From a virus, in IMG/VR virus record IMGVR_UViG_3300045988_140315, positions 1-12,516 of that record: a stretch of 12,516 nt of DNA; one strand, 5' to 3'. Below, piece by piece: positions 1 to 5,880 of the stretch. Within the stretch, counting starts at the first letter, position 1, and every line of letters begins with the position of its first letter. The position numbers and the translations under genes are program-made. The notes under the pieces were generated by a model. The model saw only the letters and a program-made list of their open reading frames with translations. It had not been told where the DNA came from and did not search any database.

Positions 1-119
1 CAGTTGAGTGTGTGGCTGTTGAGTGGTTTTTGGATAATCAGGAAATAGCACCTAACGGTTATTTGAGATATGAAAACATAAGTGATTTACTGTGTGACGT
101 TTACGACAAAGAATATGTA
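1..119. repeat. Left inverted terminal repeat (119 bp, perfect)
   Basis: Read directly: bases 1-119 are the exact reverse complement of 12398-12516, and identity breaks at 120 vs 12397. It contains the direct 8-mer GTTGAGTG at 3-10 and 18-25. ITRs at the exact ends, together with a protein-primed PolB, imply replication origins. Confidence 0.97.
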
Positions 120-165
120 AAACCTACTATGACAAACATTCACGCGGTGTTAAGGGAGTGTGTTT

Positions 166-171
166 TATAAT
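166..171 (+). promoter_or_regulatory. Candidate -10 box (TATAAT) for leftmost transcription unit
   Basis: Perfect TATAAT 75 nt upstream of the first start codon. No convincing -35 at 16-18 nt spacing (CGCGGT region), so the call is weak. Confidence 0.25.
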
Positions 172-176
172 GAAAA

Positions 177-196
177 TTAATGGTAAAAACCATTAA
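177..196. promoter_or_regulatory. Hairpin/inverted repeat TTAATGGT-AAAA-ACCATTAA in left control region
   Basis: 8-bp perfect stem with a 4-nt loop, read directly. It lies between the TATAAT and the first GTTGCAAC motif and is followed by an A6T5 tract. Function unknown (5' mRNA stem-loop or operator). Confidence 0.5.
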
Positions 197-214
197 CAAT
201 AAAAAATTTTTAAA

Positions 215-230
215 GTTGCAACGTTGCAAC
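215..230. promoter_or_regulatory. GTTGCAACGTTGCAAC double palindrome, copy 1 (perfect)
   Basis: Exact 16-mer preceded by TTTTTAAA. 15 nt separate it from ATG 246, and the purine-rich SD lies in between. Confidence 0.85.
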
Positions 231-245
231 AGAAAGGAAAATACC

Positions 246-884
246 ATGGAGAACATTATTAAATCAGAAAGCACAAACATCATGAACACATTTAAGAGCA
301 ACGCACTCAGGGAAAGTACTCAGCGTATCTTTACAAGAATGGTAAACGTAGAGGATAACAAGAAAGCTATCTGCACAGACCTCGCGGAGATATACAACAA
401 AGGTACGTGGAAAGAGGATTTCGGTGATTTTGGTGATTATACAATGACAATGTTTAACATTACAAAGTCTACTGCGAGCCGTATGAGAAGAGTTTCTGAC
501 AAGTTCATAACTGACATTAACTCACCGCTCAACGCTGAAATGTTCACATTTAATCAGCTTGCTGTACTTGTAACTCTTGACAATGAAGTTATTGAGAACT
601 CGACTGTAAATCCTGATATGACCATTAAGCAGTTGAGAGAATTTGTAAACAGCGTTAAGGGTCTTGAAATGAAAGACACCGAGGAAGCAGAGGAAGCAGA
701 GGAAGTAACAACTGCTGAAAGTTGCAACGTTACAACTAAGGAAGAGGAAGTGCCGAGAGGAGCACAGCACTTTGCAAGTCTTAAAGATTTGTCAATATGG
801 GTAAATGCACTTATGGCAAAGAGGGAGAAGCTTGAAAATATTGATATAAGTTTTGACGTTACAACGGCGCACACTGAGTATTAA
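246..884 (+). CDS. Putative HTH DNA-binding protein (DUF3102-like) with acidic linker; candidate early regulator
   Basis: ORF-track 180..884 trimmed to ATG 246, which has an AAAGGAAA purine run just upstream and sits right after the motif. The segment GDFGDYTMTMFNITKSTASRMRRVSDKF ... NPDMTIKQLREF resembles, from memory, the DUF3102 pattern (G.FG.WLE...S...A.RFMKVA.EF ... MTVRELRE) of Firmicute phage/plasmid proteins. An EEAEEAEE acidic stretch is present. Confidence 0.5.
   Translation: MENIIKSESTNIMNTFKSNALRESTQRIFTRMVNVEDNKKAICTDLAEIYNKGTWKEDFGDFGDYTMTMFNITKSTASRMRRVSDKFITDINSPLNAEMFTFNQLAVLVTLDNEVIENSTVNPDMTIKQLREFVNSVKGLEMKDTEEAEEAEEVTTAESCNVTTKEEEVPRGAQHFASLKDLSIWVNALMAKREKLENIDISFDVTTAHTEY
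721..736. repeat. Motif variant GTTGCAACGTTACAAC (1 mismatch) inside first gene
   Basis: Read directly: position 12 is G->A. It is followed by the SD-like AAGGAAGAGGAA and an in-frame GTG at 750. Confidence 0.7.
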
Positions 885-896
885 TTACTCAGTGTG
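870..896. promoter_or_regulatory. 27-bp palindrome CACACTGAGTA-TTAAT-TACTCAGTGTG enclosing the stop codon of the first gene
   Basis: 11-bp perfect stem with a 5-nt loop. The TAA stop (882-884) lies in the loop. No downstream T-run, so it is not a canonical intrinsic terminator. Confidence 0.6.
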
Positions 897-918
897 ACAG
901 AAAGAGAGGTAAGAGAAA

Positions 919-1131
919 ATGAGAAGACTTTTTGTTTGTGAATGGTGTGACAAGATATTTGATGATGAACATGAAGCCAAACAGTGCGAAAGAAGTCATT
1001 TGATACCCTTGAATGTAAATCCCACGTTTTATACAGAGGGTGCTAAAATCCCAGAACTTGTAACAGTTGACTTTGGAACAGAGGAAGTAATTTACAGACG
1101 TATAAATGGTACAACAATGCCACAGGAGTGA
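919..1131 (+). CDS. Small zinc-finger protein (F-x-C-x2-C-x3-F-x8-C-x3-H, classical C2H2-like spacing with Cys as third ligand)
   Basis: ATG preceded by GAGAGGTAAGAGAAA. N-terminus is MRRLFVCEWCDKIFDDEHEAKQCERSHL, giving C7, C10, C23 and H27 with 12 residues between the second and third ligands. Confidence 0.6.
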   Translation: MRRLFVCEWCDKIFDDEHEAKQCERSHLIPLNVNPTFYTEGAKIPELVTVDFGTEEVIYRRINGTTMPQE

Positions 1132-1139
1132 GGAGTAAT

Positions 1140-1301
1140 ATGAAGATAACAATAAAATCAATCGTAACAATCCTACTAACAATTGTGTTCTGTTTGTTAT
1201 CACTAGCAGGGTGGATAACAAGTGAACAGTATATGACAGTTTTTACAACTGTAATAGCATTTTATTTCGGCACTCAGTTTTCAAAAAATGGTAAGGTGTG
1301 A
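1140..1301 (+). CDS. Holin-like small membrane protein (53 aa, two hydrophobic segments); not in supplied ORF track
   Basis: Translated by hand: MKITIKSIVTILLTIVFCLLSLAGWITSEQYMTVFTTVIAFYFGTQFSKNGKV. A GAGGAG SD lies 4 nt upstream of the ATG. It sits immediately upstream of the endolysin cassette. It is probably absent from the track because it falls below the track's apparent length cutoff (no listed ORF is shorter than 60 aa). Confidence 0.55.
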   Translation: MKITIKSIVTILLTIVFCLLSLAGWITSEQYMTVFTTVIAFYFGTQFSKNGKV

Positions 1302-1303
1302 CA

Positions 1304-1519
1304 ATGTGGAGCACGATAATAGTTGCAGTGTTATCCCTGATAGGTACATTTATTGGTAGTTATTCAGGGTTCAAGCTAACAGAGTACCGAGTGCAACAGC
1401 TGGAAAAACGAGTAGCAGAGCATAACAATTTTGCTAGAAGATTGCCAGTAGTTGAAGAGCAAATAAAAGTAATTAACCATAGATTAACAGATTTAGAGGT
1501 AAAGAAAAATGACATTTAA
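1304..1519 (+). CDS. Membrane-anchored coiled-coil protein (71 aa); holin/antiholin or lysis accessory
   Basis: ORF-track 1298..1519 (GTG) trimmed to ATG 1304, with AAGGTG 5 nt upstream. It has an N-terminal TM segment (WSTIIVAVLSLIGTFIGSYSGF) and then a charged helical tail. It overlaps the endolysin start by 11 nt. Confidence 0.55.
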   Translation: MWSTIIVAVLSLIGTFIGSYSGFKLTEYRVQQLEKRVAEHNNFARRLPVVEEQIKVINHRLTDLEVKKNDI

Positions 1520-2177
1520 GGAATATATTTCTAAAACCCTAGGAAAGTCAATCGAGTTTGATGGGGTTTACCCCTATCAGTGTTGTGATTTAGTTAATGA
1601 TTATATGCAGAAATGTTTTAATATTTTTACATATTATCCATATAATTTCAATGCTCAACAGTATTTCACACGTTTCAACGAGGTATCGGCACTTGTAAAG
1701 AATTTTACAAAAATTTCAAATACTCCTGAGTTTGTACCAATGCAAGGTGATATTTGTATTTTTAAGTCGGCTGACAACATCGGACACATCTCAATAGCCA
1801 CGGGCGAGGGAAATACAAGCTATTTTTACAGTTATGACCAAAACTGGAACGGGCACAACTTTGTAGCAAAAGAGCGACACACATACCATAATTTTTTAGG
1901 GGTTCTGAGATACAAAGGCAATGCACTTGACACAGAGGGGTTAAAACGTGGAGATAATAATGCAGGAGTTTACGCCTACAAAATGTTGTTAAAACTTGCA
2001 AAAACTTGTAAAATAATTAGTACAAGTGTCGATTTTAACGGCATTTATGGTAAAGGTACAGAAAAAGCTACAAATGAGATTTTGCGAAAGTTAAAAAAGA
2101 AAGAAAATGGAATAGCAGGAGTAAAACTAATTAACGCACTTTATGAAGCTATTCTTGACAAAATAGTCAATTTTTAA
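1509..2177 (+). CDS. Endolysin: N-terminal CHAP peptidase/amidase domain plus C-terminal peptidoglycan-binding (PG_binding_1-like) domain
   Basis: The CHAP signature has catalytic Cys in YPYQCCDLVNDY and His in GHISIATGEG. The C-terminus (GLKRGDNNAGVYAYKMLLKLA ... NGIYGKGTEKATNEIL ... NGIAGVKLINALY) matches the PG-binding repeat pattern. A GAGGTAAAG SD is present. Confidence 0.85.
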   Translation: MTFKEYISKTLGKSIEFDGVYPYQCCDLVNDYMQKCFNIFTYYPYNFNAQQYFTRFNEVSALVKNFTKISNTPEFVPMQGDICIFKSADNIGHISIATGEGNTSYFYSYDQNWNGHNFVAKERHTYHNFLGVLRYKGNALDTEGLKRGDNNAGVYAYKMLLKLAKTCKIISTSVDFNGIYGKGTEKATNEILRKLKKKENGIAGVKLINALYEAILDKIVNF

Positions 2178-2263
2178 CAGATAATACGTTATGTGAGCAT
2201 TTAACAATACGACAGCAAATTGATAATAATTAACATTTATAAAATAAGAGTGCTAAACCGCTA

Positions 2264-2293
2264 TTGTTATCTAACGTACATAACTATTATATA
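2264..2293 (+). promoter_or_regulatory. Candidate sigma-A type promoter TTGTTA-N18-TATATA upstream of SSB gene
   Basis: Read directly within the 173-bp AT-rich non-coding gap. Such hexamers are frequent by chance in AT-rich DNA. Confidence 0.3.
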
Positions 2294-2350
2294 TTATGGT
2301 CAACCTGATATTGAACAAATTACAAAAAACATGGAAAGAGGTTTTTAAAC

Positions 2351-2689
2351 ATGAACGGATTTAACGTAAACATGACTAAAAAGGACATTTTTAATGCAAA
2401 AAGTGGGTCTATTTCAATCAAGACAGCAGAGGCGAGCGAGTGGCATACTGTTTCAGGCTGTGCAGTGGTAGAAAATGGTGGACTTGACAGGGATAAGAAA
2501 CCGTGTGATATTGGCTATATCGCTACAGATATTGGAGTTTTCGGTTTCTCGTCAAAGGTTTGTCTTGACCACATGGAAGAATTGGCAGATATTCTCAGCG
2601 AATGCCTTAATGACGGCGAAGAAGTAAAGGTAAGATTTGTCAAAGGTAAGTCAACCAATGGTGAGTTTTATTCAATTCAGATACAGTAA
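2351..2689 (+). CDS. Single-stranded DNA-binding protein, phi29 p5-like
   Basis: GGAAAGAGG SD. From memory of phi29 p5, IFNAKSG matches IFNAQTG, and the C-terminus EEVKVRFVKGKSTNGEFYSIQIQ matches ETFKVKVVQGTSSKGNVFFSLQLSL. Size is similar (112 vs about 124 aa). Confidence 0.55.
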   Translation: MNGFNVNMTKKDIFNAKSGSISIKTAEASEWHTVSGCAVVENGGLDRDKKPCDIGYIATDIGVFGFSSKVCLDHMEELADILSECLNDGEEVKVRFVKGKSTNGEFYSIQIQ

Positions 2690-2721
2690 ATACCAAAATC
2701 GGCAGAACGTGGTAATAAAAA

Positions 2722-2737
2722 GTTGCCACGTTGCAAC
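2722..2737. promoter_or_regulatory. Motif variant GTTGCCACGTTGCAAC (1 mismatch), copy upstream of portal cassette
   Basis: Position 6 is A->C. It is preceded by ATAAAAA. 24 nt separate it from ATG 2762, with a GAAAGGGGG SD in between. Confidence 0.8.
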
Positions 2738-2761
2738 CGATTGAAAGGGGGTTAAAGAAAA

Positions 2762-3718
2762 ATGGGTTCAAAAATAAAGCCATGGAACTGGAGCGAGTTC
2801 GGAGTTTCAAATATTGATAAAACACAATTGACAAACTACTATTACAAAATGTTGTTAAATCGTGTTATCAATATGTTTACATGGGAGAACCTACCAGACA
2901 CCATTGATGAACAAGTAATGAACTTTTGGTTATTTGTAACAGGAAGAGTTGTATTTACAGAATTTAACGGAAAGTTATATGCACTAAATGGAAATTATGG
3001 CGGTTATCCTAACGAGTATTATTTACCTACAGAATTTGTTATTGCAAATCCAATTTTAGGAAGTAAAATTGTAAAGTTAGACGTTGACGGAGTGGCAATG
3101 TTTAACAGCGATACCGACAAATACCCCACACAAACAATGACAGGTGGTTTGTACCCTATACTAACACTAACAGCAAATATGTTAGCTGATTGTGCAGTAA
3201 CAATATCCAGTGCATTGAAAAACGGCAGAGTTCAAACCGCATTTTTGTGCAAAGATGATACAGTGAGAATTGCAGGTGAAAAAGTTCTAAAACAGTTATA
3301 TAACGGCAATCCTGCTGTTATGATTGATGATACTATATTAAACTGCATTTCACCAATCAAAATGGCAGATAATACAAGTGTAGCTACAATTTTACAGCAG
3401 ACCGTTGAAACATATCAATTTTGGCTTGCAAATTTTTACAATTCAATCGGAGTAAATGCAAATTTTAACATGAAACGAGAGCGGTTAAACACGGCAGAAG
3501 TTAATATTAATGATAGTGCATTGTTTGTAAATGTTATTAATATGTTGAATAACAGGCAACAGGCACTTGAAAAAATTAACAAAATGTTTGGTACAAACAT
3601 AACTGTTGAAATTTCTGAGGAATGGAAAGACTTAACAGAAACTGAGGAAACCCCTATAGAGGAAGAACCTACAGAGGAAGAGGGAAAAGACAATGCGGAA
3701 GATAATAACGCTGAATGA
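2762..3718 (+). CDS. Portal (upper collar/connector) protein, phi29 gp10-like
   Basis: INMFTWENLPDTIDEQ matches recalled phi29 gp10 YQLFEWENLPPTINPS. IGVNANFNMKRERLNTAEVNINDSA matches [25 protein letters not shown]. It is 318 aa against about 309 aa for gp10 and has an acidic C-terminal tail. Confidence 0.88.
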   Translation: MGSKIKPWNWSEFGVSNIDKTQLTNYYYKMLLNRVINMFTWENLPDTIDEQVMNFWLFVTGRVVFTEFNGKLYALNGNYGGYPNEYYLPTEFVIANPILGSKIVKLDVDGVAMFNSDTDKYPTQTMTGGLYPILTLTANMLADCAVTISSALKNGRVQTAFLCKDDTVRIAGEKVLKQLYNGNPAVMIDDTILNCISPIKMADNTSVATILQQTVETYQFWLANFYNSIGVNANFNMKRERLNTAEVNINDSALFVNVINMLNNRQQALEKINKMFGTNITVEISEEWKDLTETEETPIEEEPTEEEGKDNAEDNNAE

Positions 3719-4370
3719 GTGGGTTGAAAAGTTTCCCACTATAAATACTATCTTTGACAAGGTATCAGCAGACTTGAAATTATTTACAGTTTTTACATCG
3801 GCTGAAATGTTCTCATATTTTGTAAACAAGTTTGGTGAGCGTGGATTTTATTTGTATTATGATGGCGAAAATGCCACAAATAATACTAATAGGGTGAAAC
3901 AGGCAAGCGACTATATAGCATTATATGGTAAATCTCACAAATACGAGTACGACAAGTTAGTTGATACTCTATCATTGGAATATAATCCCATTGAAAACTA
4001 TTTCATGACAGAAAAAGGAACAGACACAAGAACACCAAACATCACGCAAACAAACAAGGGTGTAAATACAAATACTGTAGGGGTTGACACGTCAATTACA
4101 ACTGGAAAGACAACTTTTGACAAATCTGATAGTTTTATCAATGATACAAAAACTACCAATACGGGAACTAATACCGATACGCAGGATATAAACACTACAG
4201 TTACCACGGCAGGAAATGAAAAAACTGTACATGAATTTACAAGAAGTGGTAATATAGGAGTTACCACGTCACAGCGGATGATTGAAAGTGAACGTCAGTT
4301 AGCTATGTTTTCCGTGGTTGATTTATTTGTTAAGGCTATAGCCGATATAATTCTAATCGGAGTATATTAA
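3693..4370 (+). CDS. Putative lower collar / tail tube protein (gp11-like by position)
   Basis: It follows the portal gene, as gene 11 follows gene 10 in phi29. The start overlaps the portal 3' end by 26 nt, with GAGGAAGAGGG upstream. A Thr/Asn-rich central segment (TNKGVNTNTVGVDTSITTGKTT...TNTGTNTDTQDINTTVTT) is consistent with an extended beta-hairpin tube region. No direct sequence recall supports this call. Confidence 0.5.
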   Translation: MRKIITLNEWVEKFPTINTIFDKVSADLKLFTVFTSAEMFSYFVNKFGERGFYLYYDGENATNNTNRVKQASDYIALYGKSHKYEYDKLVDTLSLEYNPIENYFMTEKGTDTRTPNITQTNKGVNTNTVGVDTSITTGKTTFDKSDSFINDTKTTNTGTNTDTQDINTTVTTAGNEKTVHEFTRSGNIGVTTSQRMIESERQLAMFSVVDLFVKAIADIILIGVY

Positions 4371-4373
4371 AAA

Positions 4374-4389
4374 GTTGCAACGTTGCAAC
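4374..4389. promoter_or_regulatory. GTTGCAACGTTGCAAC, copy upstream of capsid cassette (perfect)
   Basis: Exact 16-mer preceded by TTAAAAA. 21 nt separate it from ATG 4411, with an AGGAAAGGAG SD in between. Confidence 0.85.
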
Positions 4390-4410
4390 TAGGAAAGGAG
4401 AAAAAAATAA

Positions 4411-4698
4411 ATGCAAAAAGTGAGAAGCCCGACATATGCGGAAAATTATGTCAATCTAGCAAGAGCAGTTGTATTAAAAGTAGTAGTAGATACACTCCAG
4501 GGCAGGGAAGATTTAAAAGACTATATTTTATATAGTGATGATTTTATATTTTGGTTATGCCTTGCGAATTGGTTAAAATATGAAAATGTTATTAAGGATA
4601 AATTTTCATGTTTTAAGGGGATTGATAGAACGTTGAGAAAAAAACTAAATACATATTATCGTCTTAAAGGCGAGGAAATAAAGAGAGGTAAATTATAA
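4411..4698 (+). CDS. Hypothetical protein (95 aa), translationally coupled to major capsid gene
   Basis: Strong SD. Its stop overlaps the capsid start (TAATG). It occupies the position of the phi29 gp7 scaffold, but its composition (W/C/F-rich, not highly charged) is not scaffold-like. Confidence 0.6.
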   Translation: MQKVRSPTYAENYVNLARAVVLKVVVDTLQGREDLKDYILYSDDFIFWLCLANWLKYENVIKDKFSCFKGIDRTLRKKLNTYYRLKGEEIKRGKL

Positions 4699-5846
4699 TG
4701 AAAGTTACGCAGATAGCAACAATTTTGAATGAGGCACAGCAGGAGATAATCGGTGAGAGTGCTATAACAACGGAAAATCTTGAAAACGTTGTTGACATGG
4801 GCAAGCAGATACTTGAAGCGACAAATGTTGACAATTACGTCCGTAAACTGATTGATAAAGTCGGTAGGATGATTTTTGTTGACAGAGTTTACAATTCGAC
4901 AGCTCCTGACATTTTGGCGGATAGCTGGGAATACGGCTCTGCAATGCAAAAAGTTCGTTGTGAAATGCCTGACGCTGTTGAGAATGACAGCTGGAAACTA
5001 ACTAACGGGCAGAGTTATGACCCATTTGTTTTTACAGCCCCAGACGTTCAATCAAAATTTTATGACAGTAAGGTGACATATGAAGTGCAGATGTCATTCA
5101 CAGAAATGCAAGTTAAGAGTGCATTTAATTCACCTGCTGAAATGAATAGCTTTTTTGCTATGATTGAGAACAGAATACGTTTTAAGCTTACTTTGTCAAA
5201 TGATATACTTAAAACAAGAACTGTTAACAACCTTATTGCAGAAAAGATACACAGTAAAAACAATGTTGTCAATCTTTTGGAAATGTATAACACAGAGTTT
5301 ACACAGACCCTAAAAGCAACTCATGCTCTTATGGATAAGGATTTCCTTAGGTACGCTATTGGAAAAATCAAGGAGTACATCAAGTACATTCAGCGCCCCT
5401 CAATGCTGTTCAATGACGGCGGTTACACAACTTTCACCCCAGAAAGTGACATGAAAATGGTGCTTTTGTCACGATTTGTAAATACTGCTGAGGTTTATCT
5501 ACAGAGTGACACATTCCACAATGACCTTGTGAAGCTAAGTGGTTATTCTGAGGTACCATATTGGCAGGGTAGCGGAACGGGTGAAACGTTTGATTTTGAG
5601 GAAATTTCAAAAATCGATGTTACAACTGCTAGCAGTAACAGGGTATCTCAGACAGGTATTATTGGAGTTATTTTTGACAGAGACGCCTGTATGGTCTGCA
5701 ATGCTAATCCAAGGGTTACAAGTATTTACAATCCAAAAGGCGAATATTGGAACTATTTTTATAAATACGATGCAAGCTATTTCAACGATACTATGGAAAA
5801 TTGTGTTGTATTTATAGTAGCAGACACAGCAAAAAAAACAGTATAA
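4698..5846 (+). CDS. Major capsid protein, phi29 gp8-like (no C-terminal Ig-like domain)
   Basis: FDRDACMVCNANPRVTSIYNPKGEYWNYFYKY matches recalled phi29 gp8 [32 protein letters not shown]. It is 382 aa, with an AGAGAGG SD. Confidence 0.88.
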   Translation: MKVTQIATILNEAQQEIIGESAITTENLENVVDMGKQILEATNVDNYVRKLIDKVGRMIFVDRVYNSTAPDILADSWEYGSAMQKVRCEMPDAVENDSWKLTNGQSYDPFVFTAPDVQSKFYDSKVTYEVQMSFTEMQVKSAFNSPAEMNSFFAMIENRIRFKLTLSNDILKTRTVNNLIAEKIHSKNNVVNLLEMYNTEFTQTLKATHALMDKDFLRYAIGKIKEYIKYIQRPSMLFNDGGYTTFTPESDMKMVLLSRFVNTAEVYLQSDTFHNDLVKLSGYSEVPYWQGSGTGETFDFEEISKIDVTTASSNRVSQTGIIGVIFDRDACMVCNANPRVTSIYNPKGEYWNYFYKYDASYFNDTMENCVVFIVADTAKKTV

Positions 5847-5864
5847 CAAAATGATAGTTAAAAC

Positions 5865-5872
5865 GTTGCAAC
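5865..5872. promoter_or_regulatory. Lone GTTGCAAC half-site, in 8-bp register with the full motif 8 nt downstream
   Basis: Read directly. It is preceded by TTAAAAC. 8 nt (CCTAAAAA) separate it from the 5881 copy. Confidence 0.7.
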
Positions 5873-5880
5873 CCTAAAAA

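Noticed and set aside
215-230. Reading the motif as a sigma-54 (-24/-12) promoter or as a -35 TTGACA-like box (TTGCAA)
   Set aside because: The GC-to-GC spacing in the motif is 8 nt, not the 12 nt of TGGCAC-N5-TTGC. Start codons lie only 15-24 nt downstream, leaving no room for a -10 element and leader after a -35 at the motif.
215-230. The motif hairpins as RNase III processing sites (T7-like)
   Set aside because: The local stem is only 6 bp (12 bp at 9045-9072), well short of the roughly two helical turns RNase III normally needs. The idea is kept only as a generic RNA-level alternative, not as a call.
180-245. Upstream start choices from the ORF track: ATG 180 for the first gene, ATG 8443 for the putative TP, ATG 11137 for the ATPase, GTG 1298 for the 71-aa protein
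   Set aside because: The downstream starts (246, 8500, 11215, 1304) have proper SD spacing or ATGA/overlap coupling. The extensions would read through the regulatory motif or deep into the preceding gene, and they add non-homologous N-termini (for example, the gp16-like alignment begins just after 11215).
681-707. 9-bp tandem repeat GAGGAAGCA x2 plus GAGGAAGTA
   Set aside because: It simply encodes the acidic EEAEEAEEV linker of the first protein. It is a short low-complexity coding repeat with no evidence of independent function.
4341-4348. GCCGATAT, identical to the sigma-D -10 consensus
   Set aside because: It lies inside the lower-collar coding sequence (AIADII). There is no TAAA -35 at the required 15-nt spacing. 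It is most likely a coincidence.
5539-5817. Alternative-frame + strand ORFs nested in the capsid gene (5539..5817) and the polymerase gene (9742..9960, 10078..10293)
   Set aside because: They are embedded out of frame in genes with strong homology signals. They lack an SD, and their composition is typical of off-frame translation.
5831-5838. A8 run forming an in-phase A_AAA_AAA slippery heptamer three codons before the capsid stop
   Set aside because: A -1 shift would add only about five residues (NSITK) before a TGA, and there is no stimulatory structure at the right spacing. Similar A8 runs occur in the polymerase (about 10462) and ATPase (about 12106) genes as ordinary Lys codons. It is relevant only as a homopolymer sequencing-error risk.
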